This document shows positions 22,523 to 35,105 of a stretch of 64,000 nt of DNA, one piece after another. Each line of letters starts with the position of its first letter. The stretch's first letter is position 1. Both the position numbers and the translations under genes were made by a program. The notes under the pieces are model-generated. The model did no database searches. It worked only from the letters and a program-made list of their open reading frames with translations, and was not told where the DNA came from. This DNA is from Macrostomum lignano (taxonomy: Eukaryota), in the NCBI GenBank assembly GCA_002269645.1, contig NIVC01000172.1, positions 334,558 through 398,557 of the forward strand. The letters run 5' to 3'.

Positions 22523-24014
22523 TGAGGTTTCCAATGAACTTTTACACCCTTAAGAATATTTAAGAAAATTTTATATTATCCTGGCCTATACGGAATGAAT
22601 TTATTTGGTTTGGGTGAGTCCACAGACCTAAAAATATAAAGACTGTGCATTGGGAATTCTTACAGTATCACAATGGTCATAAAAAGTGCTTCTTCTTTAG
22701 AAAAAAAACAATTTTTGTGACAACCTTTCTTTTTCTGGCAAAAGATTGTAGCAAAATGCTCAAAACTTCAAAGCCTTTTTTAAAGATTTTTGCTCTCATG
22801 AATACACAAATTTGCCAAATGATTTAAATTATCTGCATGCTTAGGTAGATAATCAGTAAGGTTCGAAATAGTCTATATATGTAAGAGGTTTGAACTCAGC
22901 AATTCGAGCTGTAAGAACTCCTAAACTCCTAAAAATGTTCATCAATTTTTCAGCAACAATTGAGCCTTGGAACCAAGAAGGCAGCAAGAAGTGCTGCTTG
23001 ACCTAGCCAACAGACCTATTGATTAAACTAAACCTTTTAAAGGCATATGGCTAGCATTAGGTCATTCTCAAAACTTCAATCTCATACAATATAACAAATA
23101 TCACTACTGCCATTAACCTGAATCTGTTTTAATGCTAAAAAAATTAAAATAAAGGATAAACGTTATGCCATAGAAAAATAAAATAAAATAGAATTTCTTT
23201 TTACTAGGCCTATACCAAAATATACATGTAGTTACTGCACCATTTTACCTTCAATTTCATTCAAACGCCAATTCACTTTAGACAATCGGAAGTTCAACTC
23301 CGACACTCTTCTAGCTCTGTAAATGTAAATGTAAATTCATTTTAGACAAACTCCTTTTCAATATCGACAGCCCAGCAAGCACAATTTTGTATGAGGAAGA
23401 AAGCCTCCTGAGGTAGGCACTGACAAAACTCCATTTCATTTTCGTCAAACCTCAATTCATATCGACAATCTGTGGGCGCAACTTACTTAGAAACTCTGAT
23501 TCACTTTCGCCAAAGTATTTCCAAAGTTGTCAACAATCTACACTCAGTTTTGCCAAGTTCCGTTTTATGTCTTCAAAAGCCGTTTATTAGATGAGCAAAA
23601 ACGTACAAAGCTTGAGCTGGGAAGCACAGCTGGAATAAAATACCTCAGCCCTGCCGGCGGAGGGGTTGGGCGCCCACTCAACCAAAAAGAGACAGAGCGT
23701 GCACACGCGGCGGGGGAGGGGGGCACACAGAAAGAGCTTGCTTGCATGGACACTTGCCGCACTACAAGTAAAGCCGGTTTGCTTAAGTGCCTTGGCTTAC
23801 TTGACTCAGCTGCAGGGGGCTCCGTGCATCCGGATGCTGCGAGGAGGCGTTGCCGACCATTTCACTAACCCCTGGCGACCACGGGCAGCCGCGGTGCTGC
23901 GGTGTCGCGCAGGGAGATCCACGGAGGCAATTGGACTGACTCCCCAGACTGCTGCGACCTGCCCTGCCCCTCTTTTTCGCAATCGTGTGCGCGCTAGCGC
24001 CCCCCAACCCTAGC

Positions 24015-24830
24015 GTCGTTGTAATGTATGTAATGTAATGTAGATCCACTGTGGTGCCGGTGCCTGCAGCGCGGTCCCCCTCTGGAGAGTCCAGGAGGTG
24101 GATTGTCGCTCGCCCGGTAGCCCTTAGGTAGGCAGAGGTTCTCGGGCCTGAAAACGTCGGAGAGGTCCGGGTGTGGGCCGAGGTAGATGAGCCTGTCCTG
24201 AGTAAAGGCGGGGTATCCACAGACACCGGAGATGCAGAGAGGGCATTCCTCGCTACGGATTTTTCCGTTTTTTGGAGGTAACGATGCCTGGCAAAACAGC
24301 CATGACCCGAGAAGGCCATGGTCACGGCCCTGATGTCCCTGCTGTGGTTGAGTCCAAGCAGGGCCTTGCGCAGGGCGGAGGAAGGACAGGGGACAGCTGC
24401 ACGGGATTGTTGGCAGTCGGGGGCGTTAGTACACCTCTCCCTGTGCTTTGAAGCCACCCACTGGTTGATCCGAGTGGTGACAACGGCGGTGGGGGTTGGG
24501 GCCACGGGCAGGGGACCAGTAAAAGAACCGGTCGAGCCAGCCTTGGCCAGGCAATCGGCCAACTTGTTGACGGGGTGGCCCGAGTGCCCGGGGATCCACC
24601 TTAGGGACACCTCGTTAGAGGTGCCTAAGCGGTTGAGCTGCCCGATGCTGTCGAGGACAGTACGCGAGCCGGTGGTGGTGCGCTCAAGGGCGAGGATCGC
24701 CGCTTGACTGTCCGAGTGGAGGATAATCTCCTTCCCCCAGACGTGCTGATTGTACAGCTCCATGGCGCAGGAGCTGATGGCGAGAACTTCGTTCTGGAAA
24801 ACGGTAAAGCCGGTGCAGTGTTAGGCTTTG
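24015..24830 (-). mobile_element. 3' fragment of an RNase H-encoding non-LTR retrotransposon (I/R1/Loa group)
   Basis: [10 protein letters not shown]...[11 protein letters not shown]...[19 protein letters not shown] RNase H motifs; SGHGCFARH; (TACAT)n-like tail near 24020-24040. Confidence 0.8.
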
Positions 24831-25069
24831 CAATCTCCCTGCGCTTGCAGTCTCCGGCCGGAAATCGCAAGACAAATGTAACTTTGGTTTGCGATCTCCA
24901 GTCCCGGACAACGCAATGCATAACACCGGCAAAAGAGAAGGCGTCATGTCTAACAATGGCAGTGTAATCCACCCGAGGCGGCGGGCAGCGTGAATGCGCC
25001 GAGCAATGAGATGCGGCTCACCCCCTTATATCAAACTGCTACACTTCTACTAGTACCAGGTGTCAACTT

Positions 25070-26520
25070 TAAGCTCCTAGTATCCCAGAGATCCCCACTT
25101 TAAGCTCCTGGCATCCCAGAGATCCCCACTTTAAGCTCCTGGCATCCCAGAGATCCCACTTTAAGCTCCTGGCATCCCAGAGATCCCCACTTTAAGCTCC
25201 TGGCATCCCAGATATCCCCACTTTAAGCTCCTGGCATCCCAGAGATCCCCATGTGATAAATACAAAAATGTATATAGCATGCACGATAAGCAATTATTTA
25301 GGCCCTAGACAAACCTACTTGGAGCGTTCGGAGATTTTAAAGCTATTGGCCCTAATCGCCTATCGCCGGTCGGCGAGTTTTACCAGTCTTTCTCCAATAG
25401 CCGCAGGTACAATACAAGAAAAGAAAGAACACGAGGGAACACGAACCGAATAGATTTAGAGAGTGATAATCCTAGTTCAAGAATAACTAAACTTAATTGA
25501 CGGTTTAATTTGACAAGTTATAATAGGTTACAAGGTTCTCAAAACGATTCATGGCGCAGATAAATTGACACTGATGATAATGAGTAATAACGATACAACG
25601 ATTAGCGATAATGAATTAATAACGCAACTGGCAAGCGGATCTCAGCTGAAGAAGAGGAAGAAAAACCGAACACGACCACGGAGAAGACTCCTAACCCCTG
25701 GCCTAAACCAGAACCTACACTCAACGAGAGCCCTGCCGAATTGACAGTTCAACGGAGCACTGACTAAGTTCTATCAGCGCTGCCCTTCAGTGTGACACTG
25801 AGGCCCTCGGGGTCGAGGCCGCGTACTTGATCAGATCCGACAGTCTCTATCTAAACCGCGCTTGATAGCGACGACGTCAGACAAGGATGCCGAATCGTTA
25901 CGCTACAAGACTGAAGCGGTCGGGCGGGGAACAAAATATATGGACCGGGGGTGACGAAATCAAACGCCTCAAAGCGCGAACCAAAACGATCGGGCGAACA
26001 GCCGGGGAACCGGGACAAAATAAAAACCGGGAAAAGACGGAAGAGAAGGCGAGATCCGATTGCCAAACACACTTTCATATATAGTCAGAGTCAAACCCTC
26101 AAAACCCCCCCTCAAGCCGGGTGGTGGTCGTCTGGCCGGCCGCCCGCTAAGCCGACTTGCACTGTGCCCGCGGCGCCGGGTAGAACTGGAACTTGCCGCG
26201 TGCCAGGGTCCCGGCCGGTTCTGATTGGCTGGCCGCGCAAAGCTGGGGTTCGCAGAAAAACTCAACCCTCCGCTGAGTCACAAATGGCGTCTGACTTCTA
26301 ACCTGTTTACAAATTTAGATTTTAACTAACAAGAAAAGTACACCAAAAACGCATGACTAAACTAAAGCAAAATAATAATTCAATAACAATATAGAAACTA
26401 ATGCAGTCAATTTACAAACAAAATACACGCAAAGATGCTCACACTACACCCACTTTAAGCTCCTGGCATCCCAGAGATCCCCACTTTAAGCTCCTGGCAT
26501 CCCAGATATCCCCACTTTAG
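25070..26520. repeat. 32-bp variant of the SF3B3 intron-10 satellite, split by a solo LTR
   Basis: Copies of ctttaagctcctggcatcccagagatcccca at 25070-25251 resume at 26449-26520. Confidence 0.9.
25252..26448. mobile_element. Solo LTR (about 1.2 kb)
   Basis: Begins TG(tgataaa) and ends (cacacta)CA; 4-bp TSD ccca on both sides; interrupts the satellite; no coding domains. Confidence 0.75.
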
Positions 26521-27012
26521 CGATAGCTAGCGCTCGCATTGAAACTGCCTGGCGTTTTTTTTAATTCAATTTCTAGAAATGAGCAGTTAATTAATATTAA
26601 GTGCTGATGCTGATTATGCTGTGGTTTTTATTTATTTTTTATAATCAATTTAAGTATGGGCAACCAGCGCTGCCTTAGCGACGTGCAGCAAATCCCTTTA
26701 AACAATCTTTTATTGCAGACAAAAAAGCAGAAATAATAACGACTTTGACTTTTCCTTGGAGATGTTGCAATCTCGGTGGCATCAACTTTCTTTTATGCCA
26801 TCCCCATGAAGACACACGAATCGAGTTTATTAATTATTATTTAATGATGTTGTAAAGACTCGGCTTGAGTTGGCAGAACAGCCGATTTGGTAATTTATAA
26901 TTTTTTACTGTACCGTTTACTGTATATATTGGATTTTGGACTAACGCAATGCACACTTAGATTTGCAGGGGAAAGATTGATCACGTGATCAAATCACTAT
27001 CACATCACAATG

Positions 27013-28421
27013 TTATACTGTTGTGTTGCTAATGGTACTCGTAACAACATTATTATTAGCATTATTAATTTTATCAGTATAAGCTACTCGGGGATAACAC
27101 TTTTTAACTTTTCCATTTATTTCATCCTCAATTCCATCTCCATCAATAGAGTTCAGTTTGTTTTGCACTTTTTGAGCCAGACCAGCAATGTCATTATCGA
27201 AAGAGTAGTCTTTAGAACATATAACATCCCACAGTGCCATAAACAACCGGCTGCCGTCCTTCTCCTGCCATCGGCTGGCGTAGCCGCTCTGGCTGCTGTA
27301 GATCACCGAGCAGTTGCGCCGCAGCTCCAGTGGCAGTGAGGCTCCGTCTACAGCTCCAGAGTCGAGCACTGGGTCCTCTTGCTTCTCGAAATGCTCTTGG
27401 GTGCCTCGGCAAGCGTGGTAAAAAATCAGAACGTCTTTCTTTTTTTCACTCTCGTTGAGACCACTTGACAATGGTCCCAACAGCTCCTTCAATTGGACAT
27501 GCTCTTTCCCAGTTGAAAATCCTTCTTCTTCATTGCCATGCGATGAAATGAACAGAAGTAGTACACGTACTCTCGCCTCAAGTAGCAAATATTTCTCTTT
27601 AATAAAATCAAGCAGTTCTTGCTTCGATCGGTCATCAGACTGTTCGAACTGAATGGGTTCGTCTGTACAACCAAGTTTTTTGGCTATGGCTCGGATGTAT
27701 CTGCGGTCAGCCTTGTAGCCAGGTGGGCGTGATTCGGGCGCGTCATCTCCGTTGACATTCTCTATCACGATGGACACCGCAATGCATTCTTCTCTCGATA
27801 CTGGAATGAAAAATGCAATTTGAAAAAAGCACTTTCAGGTGCTTGTCACAAAAATCAAAATATTTCTAACATCGCAGATAGCCACAATTGGTTTCCCGAA
27901 ATCTTAGATCCCATTTCCTTACATCCCAGATCCTCGCTCCTTACATCCCAGATCCCACTTTTATTAACAGCTTGCGATTTTAGATAGTACTGTTCATTGT
28001 AAAAGTACTAAGGCATCCAGATATTCAAGTGCTACTTACTTTGACCTGTTTCCGGAATCTTTGGCCCTTGAACATTCTCGTGTTTTGCTTCGGGAGTGTC
28101 ATCTCCGTTGGCATTCTCTATCAGGATGGGCACCGCAATGCTTTCTTCTCTCGATGCTGAAATGAAAAAAACGCAATGTCACTTTTATAGCTGCCTGTCA
28201 TTCAAAATCAAATCCTTTATAAGCCCCTGAAATCCCAGATCCCCACTCCTGACATCCCCACTTTTAGCTTGCGATTGTAGATCGTACTGTTCATTGTAAA
28301 AGTACTAAGGCATCCAGATATTCAAGTGCTATACTTACTTTGACCTGTTTCCGGAATCTTTGGCCATTGAACATTCTCGTGTTGTGGTTCTCCTTTGCGC
28401 TCAGTGCCAGTCAGAAATCCG
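27013..28421 (-). CDS. Second caspase-like gene; exons 28421-28339, 28156-28040 and 27800-27013 (further 5' exons likely, e.g. about 29170-29290)
   Basis: ISSHG and YHACRG motifs, CIAVSIVIENV strand, and GT/AG junctions in consistent phase. Confidence 0.8.
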
Positions 28422-30858
28422 CTATGGAATTTAGAGTTCAGAAAATGGGATTCAATTTTATAGACGATTCGCAGTTTTACTATCAGAACTGCATGCATCC
28501 GATACCAAGGGGGAGTCCCAGAAAAGTTTTGCTGCTCTGGAACCGAGCAACGCAGGCAAACGGATGGCTGGCGACTTGAATGATTTTTGTTTGAGAAGGT
28601 GCACCACAATAAGTTGGCCTGTGTTCTTGAATTTCGTGTGCCTGCGTTGCTTCGCTCCAGCGATGCAAAAAAATTGTCAGATGGATTTCACCCTTGATAA
28701 TTATGCTGAAAATTAACTCTGCTGACAGAATTCTCCCAACATTTGCAAGACCTTATAGAGTCAGCCTTACGCTTTAAGTGGAACATGTTCCTGAACAATA
28801 AGCCTCGTCGCTGGCGTTTGGGGCATTGTGCACGAAGGCATGACGAACGTGCTTCCATTTTTAGAAGTGACGCTTGCACCCAAATGAGACCTACTCTGAT
28901 TACAAAAACTTTCTGCATAGTCTTCTCAGTATCTTCTAACAGACTGCATTCCCTGCTCACGAGGGAACTCTAAAAGTCGCAAACACGAAGTTGAATGGCC
29001 CAAGAGATTTTCTAAAAGGTTTAGTCTTCCAAATTTTCCTATTTAAATTGGGCCTTAAAAAATGAAATAAAGTAGACTTTCGAGGGTCGGCTACAAGAAA
29101 GTCCTGAAGATCCCCATGTTTCCTACTCTCATACAGCATAAGCAACAAACGATTCTCCCCATCAGAAGTAACTCACGCTACATCCGTTGTCGTCTGTTGT
29201 TCATGGTGATAAGTAGCTTCCAACTCGGCTCGGAGCTCTTCAAGCGATCGAACCTGCCCGACATCCGCCTCGCTGCCGCCGAAGCGGCCTTAAAGTTTGA
29301 ATTGTTATTGGAGTTAAACCTTATAGGAGTTTGTTTGGTTTGCTCAGACTTGCTCATAAAAAGGGGGTAAAGTAGAATGAACGCCAGTCAGGCTTATTTA
29401 AATTGTATGTAGGGTTAGTGCTCAAGCAGTTTCTCTCTGTGCCGTTGTTGGTGTGTTGTTGTGATACCGATGTCGTTGCCTAACAATGGTAGCTACAGAG
29501 AAAAACTGTACGCCAGCTTGAGCTGCTTCTACCCAGCTCACTGGAATTGTGCTTACATCGAAGCGAAAAAAGCAACGGCCTCCTTTCGTCTCGACCGGTG
29601 CTATCCAGCCAGACTAGCTCTACACTAAACTACAAACAACAAAAGCTGAGGTTTGAAGGCCCTCAGCCTGCGAAAACGTGACAGTGGACTCGCAGCAATG
29701 CTTTGGGGGGGAAATAGCTATTAGTAGTAAAGAGTCTCCTTTTGAAGGCACACTGGACACACCTCAAAAGAGCGTAGTAACAATGGCCTGCTAATGCTGA
29801 GTTGGATTGGAATTAGCTATGCAGAGAGGACGAGCACACTAAACCTAGTCAGGTTCATGCTTCCCTAGCCTCACGCATACGGCCGTACTCAAGGAAACTG
29901 CATATTTTGCGGAATCGCTACACTCTTTCGAGGGGTGTCCAGTGTGCCCCCAAAAGAGACTCTTTACTACTAAGGTTTATACTATTGGGAGCCTCTTTAA
30001 TGGGGTCCCAAGGGGGTAAAAATAGCAAAAAATAGCTAAAAAATAGCAAAAAATACGCTAAAAAATAGCTACAAATAGCTTAAAAATAGCTAAAAAAATA
30101 ACTCAAAAAAGTTAAAAATAACTATACAAATAGCTTAAAAATAGCTAAAAAAACTAAAAAATTGTTAAAAATAGCAAAAAAATAGCTAAAAAAACAGCTT
30201 AAAAAATAGCAAAAAAAGTTTAAAAATTGCAAATTTTTGCACACCTAACAATACTCCTGGCAAATATCTACTATTTTTTGGATACTTATCATACAAAGCG
30301 TCGATCTTGGCCTTATACTTACTCTTCGATGTTTCCGGTAGTTCATTAAATACTGTTGAAATTTCGTTAATAAACGTTTCTTGCTTGTTGGTAGACATTT
30401 CATCTATTTCTTGAGTTAGTCCTGTTGCTCTATTTGAATATTTGAGTGTAGTGACCTTCGCGAAAGTTCTATACCGTATGATGTTTACTTCCAGAAATTT
30501 CTGCAAAACAGTACGAGTTAAATTCTAGAAAATTCTTTATCTAGCTATTTGTAATCTCATAGTAAATATTTCTACTCAATAGTTATTTATTTACTGTAAT
30601 TCATCATCATACAAAATATGAATACCGTACGTACGATACTTACTATACAGTTTGTTTTACCGCACTAAAATGATTCTAGAAATTTCCGGAAGGACAAATT
30701 ATAGTATAAATATACAGTAGCTAAACCAGCATCTGCTCCAAGCCTCTTTGGATATTCGAGAAACTCAAGTGCCAAACAAAGAAGCAAACAAGGGCGAACC
30801 ACCGCCTAGCTCTACCTTTTTCATTTCACAGCCGCTACAACTGGTCCGGTGAGTCGTC

Positions 30859-31758
30859 ATGGCCGACGAAAGCGATCCGCAGCTATCGCAGCAGGCCGCA
30901 GCAGCCGCCGACAACAACCAGGCCCCGGTGCTCAACCCCACTGGGCAGCTACCTGTTCAACATACACCACCGATACTTGAGCCAAGCGTGTCCGCCGTGT
31001 CCGTTAAGGTTCCGCCGCTGTACCGGAACAATTCGGAAGCTTGGTTCCGGACCCTAGAGTCGCAATTCCACCTAGCGCGCATAACTTCGGACGAGACCAA
31101 GTACCACTACTTGGTTGCGCACCTGCCGGAGGATATCTCGTCGATGCTGATCACGACATCAACGCCTCGACAGTACGAGCCGCTTAAAGCCGCCATCTCC
31201 AACCTTCTGCAGAAGAGTCAGCAGGAGAAGATCAACGAGATCCTGGCCACGTCCGATCTAGGTGGCGACAAGCCCTCAATCTTCGTCAAGAAGCTCAGCG
31301 CCAAGATGGCTCAGTGCGGCATGGGCTCCTGCTCCGACATGCTCAAGGCGACTCTCATCCGCTGCCTGCCCAGTGAGCTACGAGTCGCACTATCAGGCTT
31401 CCAGCAGGAATCGCCAGAGAAGCTCGCTGAAATCGCTGATTTCATGGTCAGCTACCAGAGCTCGGCGAGCTCAGTCAGCGCTGTACAGCCGACGCCACCG
31501 CCGACTATCAACTCCAGACGGGACGAACTGCCACGCCGACAACTGCAGCCACAGACAAGCGTCACCCCGTTCAAGCCAGGACAGCGTCCGGTCGTCTGCC
31601 GGGCCCACATCTACTACGGTGAACGCGCGCTTACCTGCCGACCGTGGTGTCGTTTCCCGTCCACCTTGGGTGGTAGGCGGCCGCGAATTCTGAGTACTCA
31701 CGAAAAGACACCTGCACAGTCCAGGTCAGGCTCTCCGACACGTCAGCCGTCAAACTAG
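30859..31758 (+). CDS. gag: Gag of the CsRn1-like element
   Basis: [24 protein letters not shown] capsid-like N-terminus; CHCC-type knuckle [18 protein letters not shown]. Confidence 0.9.
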   Translation: MADESDPQLSQQAAAAADNNQAPVLNPTGQLPVQHTPPILEPSVSAVSVKVPPLYRNNSEAWFRTLESQFHLARITSDETKYHYLVAHLPEDISSMLITTSTPRQYEPLKAAISNLLQKSQQEKINEILATSDLGGDKPSIFVKKLSAKMAQCGMGSCSDMLKATLIRCLPSELRVALSGFQQESPEKLAEIADFMVSYQSSASSVSAVQPTPPPTINSRRDELPRRQLQPQTSVTPFKPGQRPVVCRAHIYYGERALTCRPWCRFPSTLGGRRPRILSTHEKTPAQSRSGSPTRQPSN

Positions 31759-31781
31759 AGGGCACTGCCCAACCTGCCGCA

Positions 31782-34700
31782 GTGAGCAGTGCATCATCCC
31801 CGGCGGCGAGCAAGAAATTCCTGGTGGTGGATATCAAGATAGACAGCAAGTACTACCCGTTCCTGGTCGATACCGGCGCAGCAGTGTCGATAATTCCGCA
31901 GAAGCAATTCCACCGGGACCTTCAGGAGACCGGATTTCGCCTGACCACCGCCACCGGTGCATCGATACCGGTCGCTGGAGAGATCTCGCTCGACGTCAAC
32001 ATCCGAGGACTCCGTCGTGAATTCCGCTGGACGTTCCTGGTCGCATCCGTCGTGCAACCTATCTTGGGGTACGACTTCCTCAGTTATTTCGAATTGATCG
32101 TCGACTGCAAGGGGCGTCGACTAGTTGACCCTACAACGAGACTACATACGCCATCTCTGCCGGTTACCGCAGTGGACCTCGATGAACTCGCCGTGTCGCT
32201 GGCGTATCCAGACCACTGCGATCCTCGTGTACGCGCACTCATCGATCGTTACCGCAGCACCTTCACGTACGTCGAAGGAGGGAGGCTACCTCCGGCCACC
32301 GAAGTTAAACATGACACGAAGCACCACATCATCACGAGCGATAGACCACCGACGCACGCCAAAGCCCGACAGCTGCATCCGGAGAAGCTCGCCATCGCCC
32401 GAGAAGAGTTTCGGCAACTCTTGGAAGCCGGGTACCTCCGGCCGTCGTCGAGCTCTTGGGCATCACCGCTGCACATGGCTCCTAAGAAGGACGATGGCAA
32501 ACCCAATGGTAAGTGGCGACCCTGCGGAGACTATCGACAGCTAAACAAGATCACCCAGCCGGATCATTATCCCGTGCCTCATATCCAGTGTTTCACACGG
32601 TATCTCCACGGTGCCAAGGTTTTCTCCAAGCTGGATCTGGTGCGAGCCTATCATCAAATTCCAATCGCCGAAGAGGACATACCGAAGACAGCAATCATCA
32701 CACCGTTCGGTCTTTACGAGTGGATCCGCATGCCATTTGGTCTTCGTAATGCAGGTCAAACGTTTCAGCGATTCATTGACACTGTGCTCCGTGGCATCGA
32801 CGGCGTGCTCGCCTACGTGGACGACTTGCTAGTCTACTCCAAGGACGAGGAAGACCACCTCCGAGTGCTCGAAAGCGTACTCCGACGCCTTGAACAACAC
32901 GGTTTGAAGGTCCAGCTCACCAAGTGTGCTTTCATGCAGAAGGAAATCACGTTTCTTGGACACCAGGTAACAGCAGACGGGATCCGGCCGCTCGAATCCA
33001 AGGTTGACGCCATCCGCGAGTGGCCGGCACCTCGCAACGCACAGGCCCTGCGCAGGTTCCTCGGCACAATCGGTTTCTACCGCCGCTTCATCCCGCATTT
33101 CAGCCACACCGCTGCACCGCTGCAAGACCTGGTCACCAAGTCACTCAAGGCGCCGCGCACGTACGAGTGGACATCGCAGCACGAGGACGCGTTCAATCAG
33201 CTGAAGGGTAAGCTAGCCGATCGTATCTTGCTTCACCATCCCGACCCGCAGTGTTCGTCCTACAGCCTGGTCACCGATGCCTCGGCAACCTGCGTGGGAG
33301 CCGCTCTACACCAAGCCGACGGTCAGTCGCCAGTCCCGCTCGGGCTGTTCAGCAAGACCCTTTCGCCGACGCAGCGAGCCTACTCTGCTTTCGATCGAGA
33401 ACTCCTAGCAGTCTACCTGGCAGTTCTTCACTTCCGGAGCCTTATCGAGGGCCGTCAGGTCACGATCTTTACGGATCACAAGCCCCTTGTTCAGGCCTTC
33501 CACAGCGGCAGCCAGGGTACCTCCGACAGGAACCAGCGTTATCTGAGCATCATATCCGAATACGTCACCGATGTGGTCTACATCCGCGGCTCTGACAATA
33601 TAGTCGCTGACGCCCTATCAAGGTTATCCGAGTCCGGAGGTTCGCCGACGCAAACGGTTGCAGCCGCAGAGGAGACATCCCTAGAGGAACCCGTCGACTT
33701 GCCAGCCATCGCCGCAGAGCAGAAACGAATCGGGATGCAACCAAGCAACAACTGCCGATTCTATGAGTTCGACGGAAAGCAGGCACTGTTGTGCGATACC
33801 TCCAGTCACTATCCTCGTCCAGTCGTCCCAGATTCGCTACAACAGCCGCTCATTCGGCAGTTCCACCAGCTTGGCCACTACGGCGTCCGCAAGACCGCCA
33901 GCCTGCTGACAACCCGATACTTCTGGCCGAACATGCGAGATGCCATCAAACAGTTCTGTCGAGCATGCGCAACCTGCCAACGAACTAAGATTGGGCGCCA
34001 CACGACGGCCGGCAGTTCTGCGTTCGACCTACCATCGAAACGACTCGAAGTTGTGCACATCGACATCGTCGGTCCGCTGCCTGTACCCGACCGGAAGTAC
34101 GACATCTCCTGCGGTCTCACTCCTCGTTACATACTCACGATGGTCGACCGTAGCACCAGCTGGATCGAGGCCACGCCGCTGGAATCCGTCACCGCAGAGA
34201 GTGTAGCCTCAGCATTCATATCTACCTGGATTTCGCGTTTTGGAGTTCCGCTGTACATCGTCACCGACCGAGGACCGCAGTTCGAAGCCGAGTTTTTCAA
34301 CCGAGTCGCTAAGGACATCGGATTTCACCGACTGCGCACAACAGCATATCACCCGCAGACGAACGGGAAAGTGGAGCGGGCCCACCGCACCCTGAAAGCC
34401 ATTCTGAAGGCTCGCGGGAACTCCTGGCTGGAGAATCTTCCTCTAGCGCTACTTGCGATGCGCATCTCACCAAACGACGACGGCATAAGCCCATTCACTC
34501 GTCTGACCGGAGAACACCCGATGATGCCGCGCGTCCTGACGACAGCCGAGGATCCAACACCCGAGATGATTCGACTGCGCCTGGATAACCTGCTTGACGA
34601 CACGAGACCTCCACCAGATCGGCCTACGCACATCCCGAGCGACCTCGAGACAGCCGAGAAGGTTTGGGTCCGAGTCGACCGAACAAGGAAGCCTTTGGAA

Positions 34701-35105
34701 GCACCGTACCAAGGTCCCTACCCGGTAGTGAAGCGACTGCCGAAGTTTTTCATCATCGAAACAGCCGCAGGACGTCAGGAGTCGGTCTCCATCGACCGCC
34801 TGAAGCCTTGTCGATCAACACCGCAGTCTGCACCTGACAGACGAAGAGCATCTCCGACAGCCGACCCTCCCAACAGCGAGTCGACGGTGCCACAGGAATC
34901 AACATCTCAGTCGGGCACCAGGGAAGACGACATTAGCGACCTTAGCACGACAGCACCGACGGAGGCAGGTTCGCAGCAGACAGAGCCGGAGCGAACCAGG
35001 ACGCGAACCGCGATCCATCAGCAGCAACCACCACCATCACCAGTACGTACCAGGAGCGGCCGTAGAGTGCAATTTAAACCTAAAAATGACTATTTCTACT
35101 TTTGA
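31782..35105 (+). CDS. pol: Pol (PR-RT-RH-IN) of the CsRn1-like element, in the -1 frame relative to gag
   Basis: [10 protein letters not shown] (PR); YVDD (RT); TDAS/DHKPL (RH); HQLGH/CATC zinc motif, [26 protein letters not shown] and PYQGPY (IN). Confidence 0.97.
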   Translation: MSSASSPAASKKFLVVDIKIDSKYYPFLVDTGAAVSIIPQKQFHRDLQETGFRLTTATGASIPVAGEISLDVNIRGLRREFRWTFLVASVVQPILGYDFLSYFELIVDCKGRRLVDPTTRLHTPSLPVTAVDLDELAVSLAYPDHCDPRVRALIDRYRSTFTYVEGGRLPPATEVKHDTKHHIITSDRPPTHAKARQLHPEKLAIAREEFRQLLEAGYLRPSSSSWASPLHMAPKKDDGKPNGKWRPCGDYRQLNKITQPDHYPVPHIQCFTRYLHGAKVFSKLDLVRAYHQIPIAEEDIPKTAIITPFGLYEWIRMPFGLRNAGQTFQRFIDTVLRGIDGVLAYVDDLLVYSKDEEDHLRVLESVLRRLEQHGLKVQLTKCAFMQKEITFLGHQVTADGIRPLESKVDAIREWPAPRNAQALRRFLGTIGFYRRFIPHFSHTAAPLQDLVTKSLKAPRTYEWTSQHEDAFNQLKGKLADRILLHHPDPQCSSYSLVTDASATCVGAALHQADGQSPVPLGLFSKTLSPTQRAYSAFDRELLAVYLAVLHFRSLIEGRQVTIFTDHKPLVQAFHSGSQGTSDRNQRYLSIISEYVTDVVYIRGSDNIVADALSRLSESGGSPTQTVAAAEETSLEEPVDLPAIAAEQKRIGMQPSNNCRFYEFDGKQALLCDTSSHYPRPVVPDSLQQPLIRQFHQLGHYGVRKTASLLTTRYFWPNMRDAIKQFCRACATCQRTKIGRHTTAGSSAFDLPSKRLEVVHIDIVGPLPVPDRKYDISCGLTPRYILTMVDRSTSWIEATPLESVTAESVASAFISTWISRFGVPLYIVTDRGPQFEAEFFNRVAKDIGFHRLRTTAYHPQTNGKVERAHRTLKAILKARGNSWLENLPLALLAMRISPNDDGISPFTRLTGEHPMMPRVLTTAEDPTPEMIRLRLDNLLDDTRPPPDRPTHIPSDLETAEKVWVRVDRTRKPLEAPYQGPYPVVKRLPKFFIIETAAGRQESVSIDRLKPCRSTPQSAPDRRRASPTADPPNSESTVPQESTSQSGTREDDISDLSTTAPTEAGSQQTEPERTRTRTAIHQQQPPPSPVRTRSGRRVQFKPKNDYFYF

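Noticed and set aside
23800-23900. HDV-like ribozyme motif (ggtcggc...cctcctcgc) on the minus strand
   Set aside because: The P3 and P1 pairings could not be completed; the resemblance is limited to the loop motif.
30186-30506. 106-aa minus-strand ORF next to the Gypsy LTR
   Set aside because: Its start lies within the LTR, and rejoining the pre-insertion flanks does not give a longer open frame.
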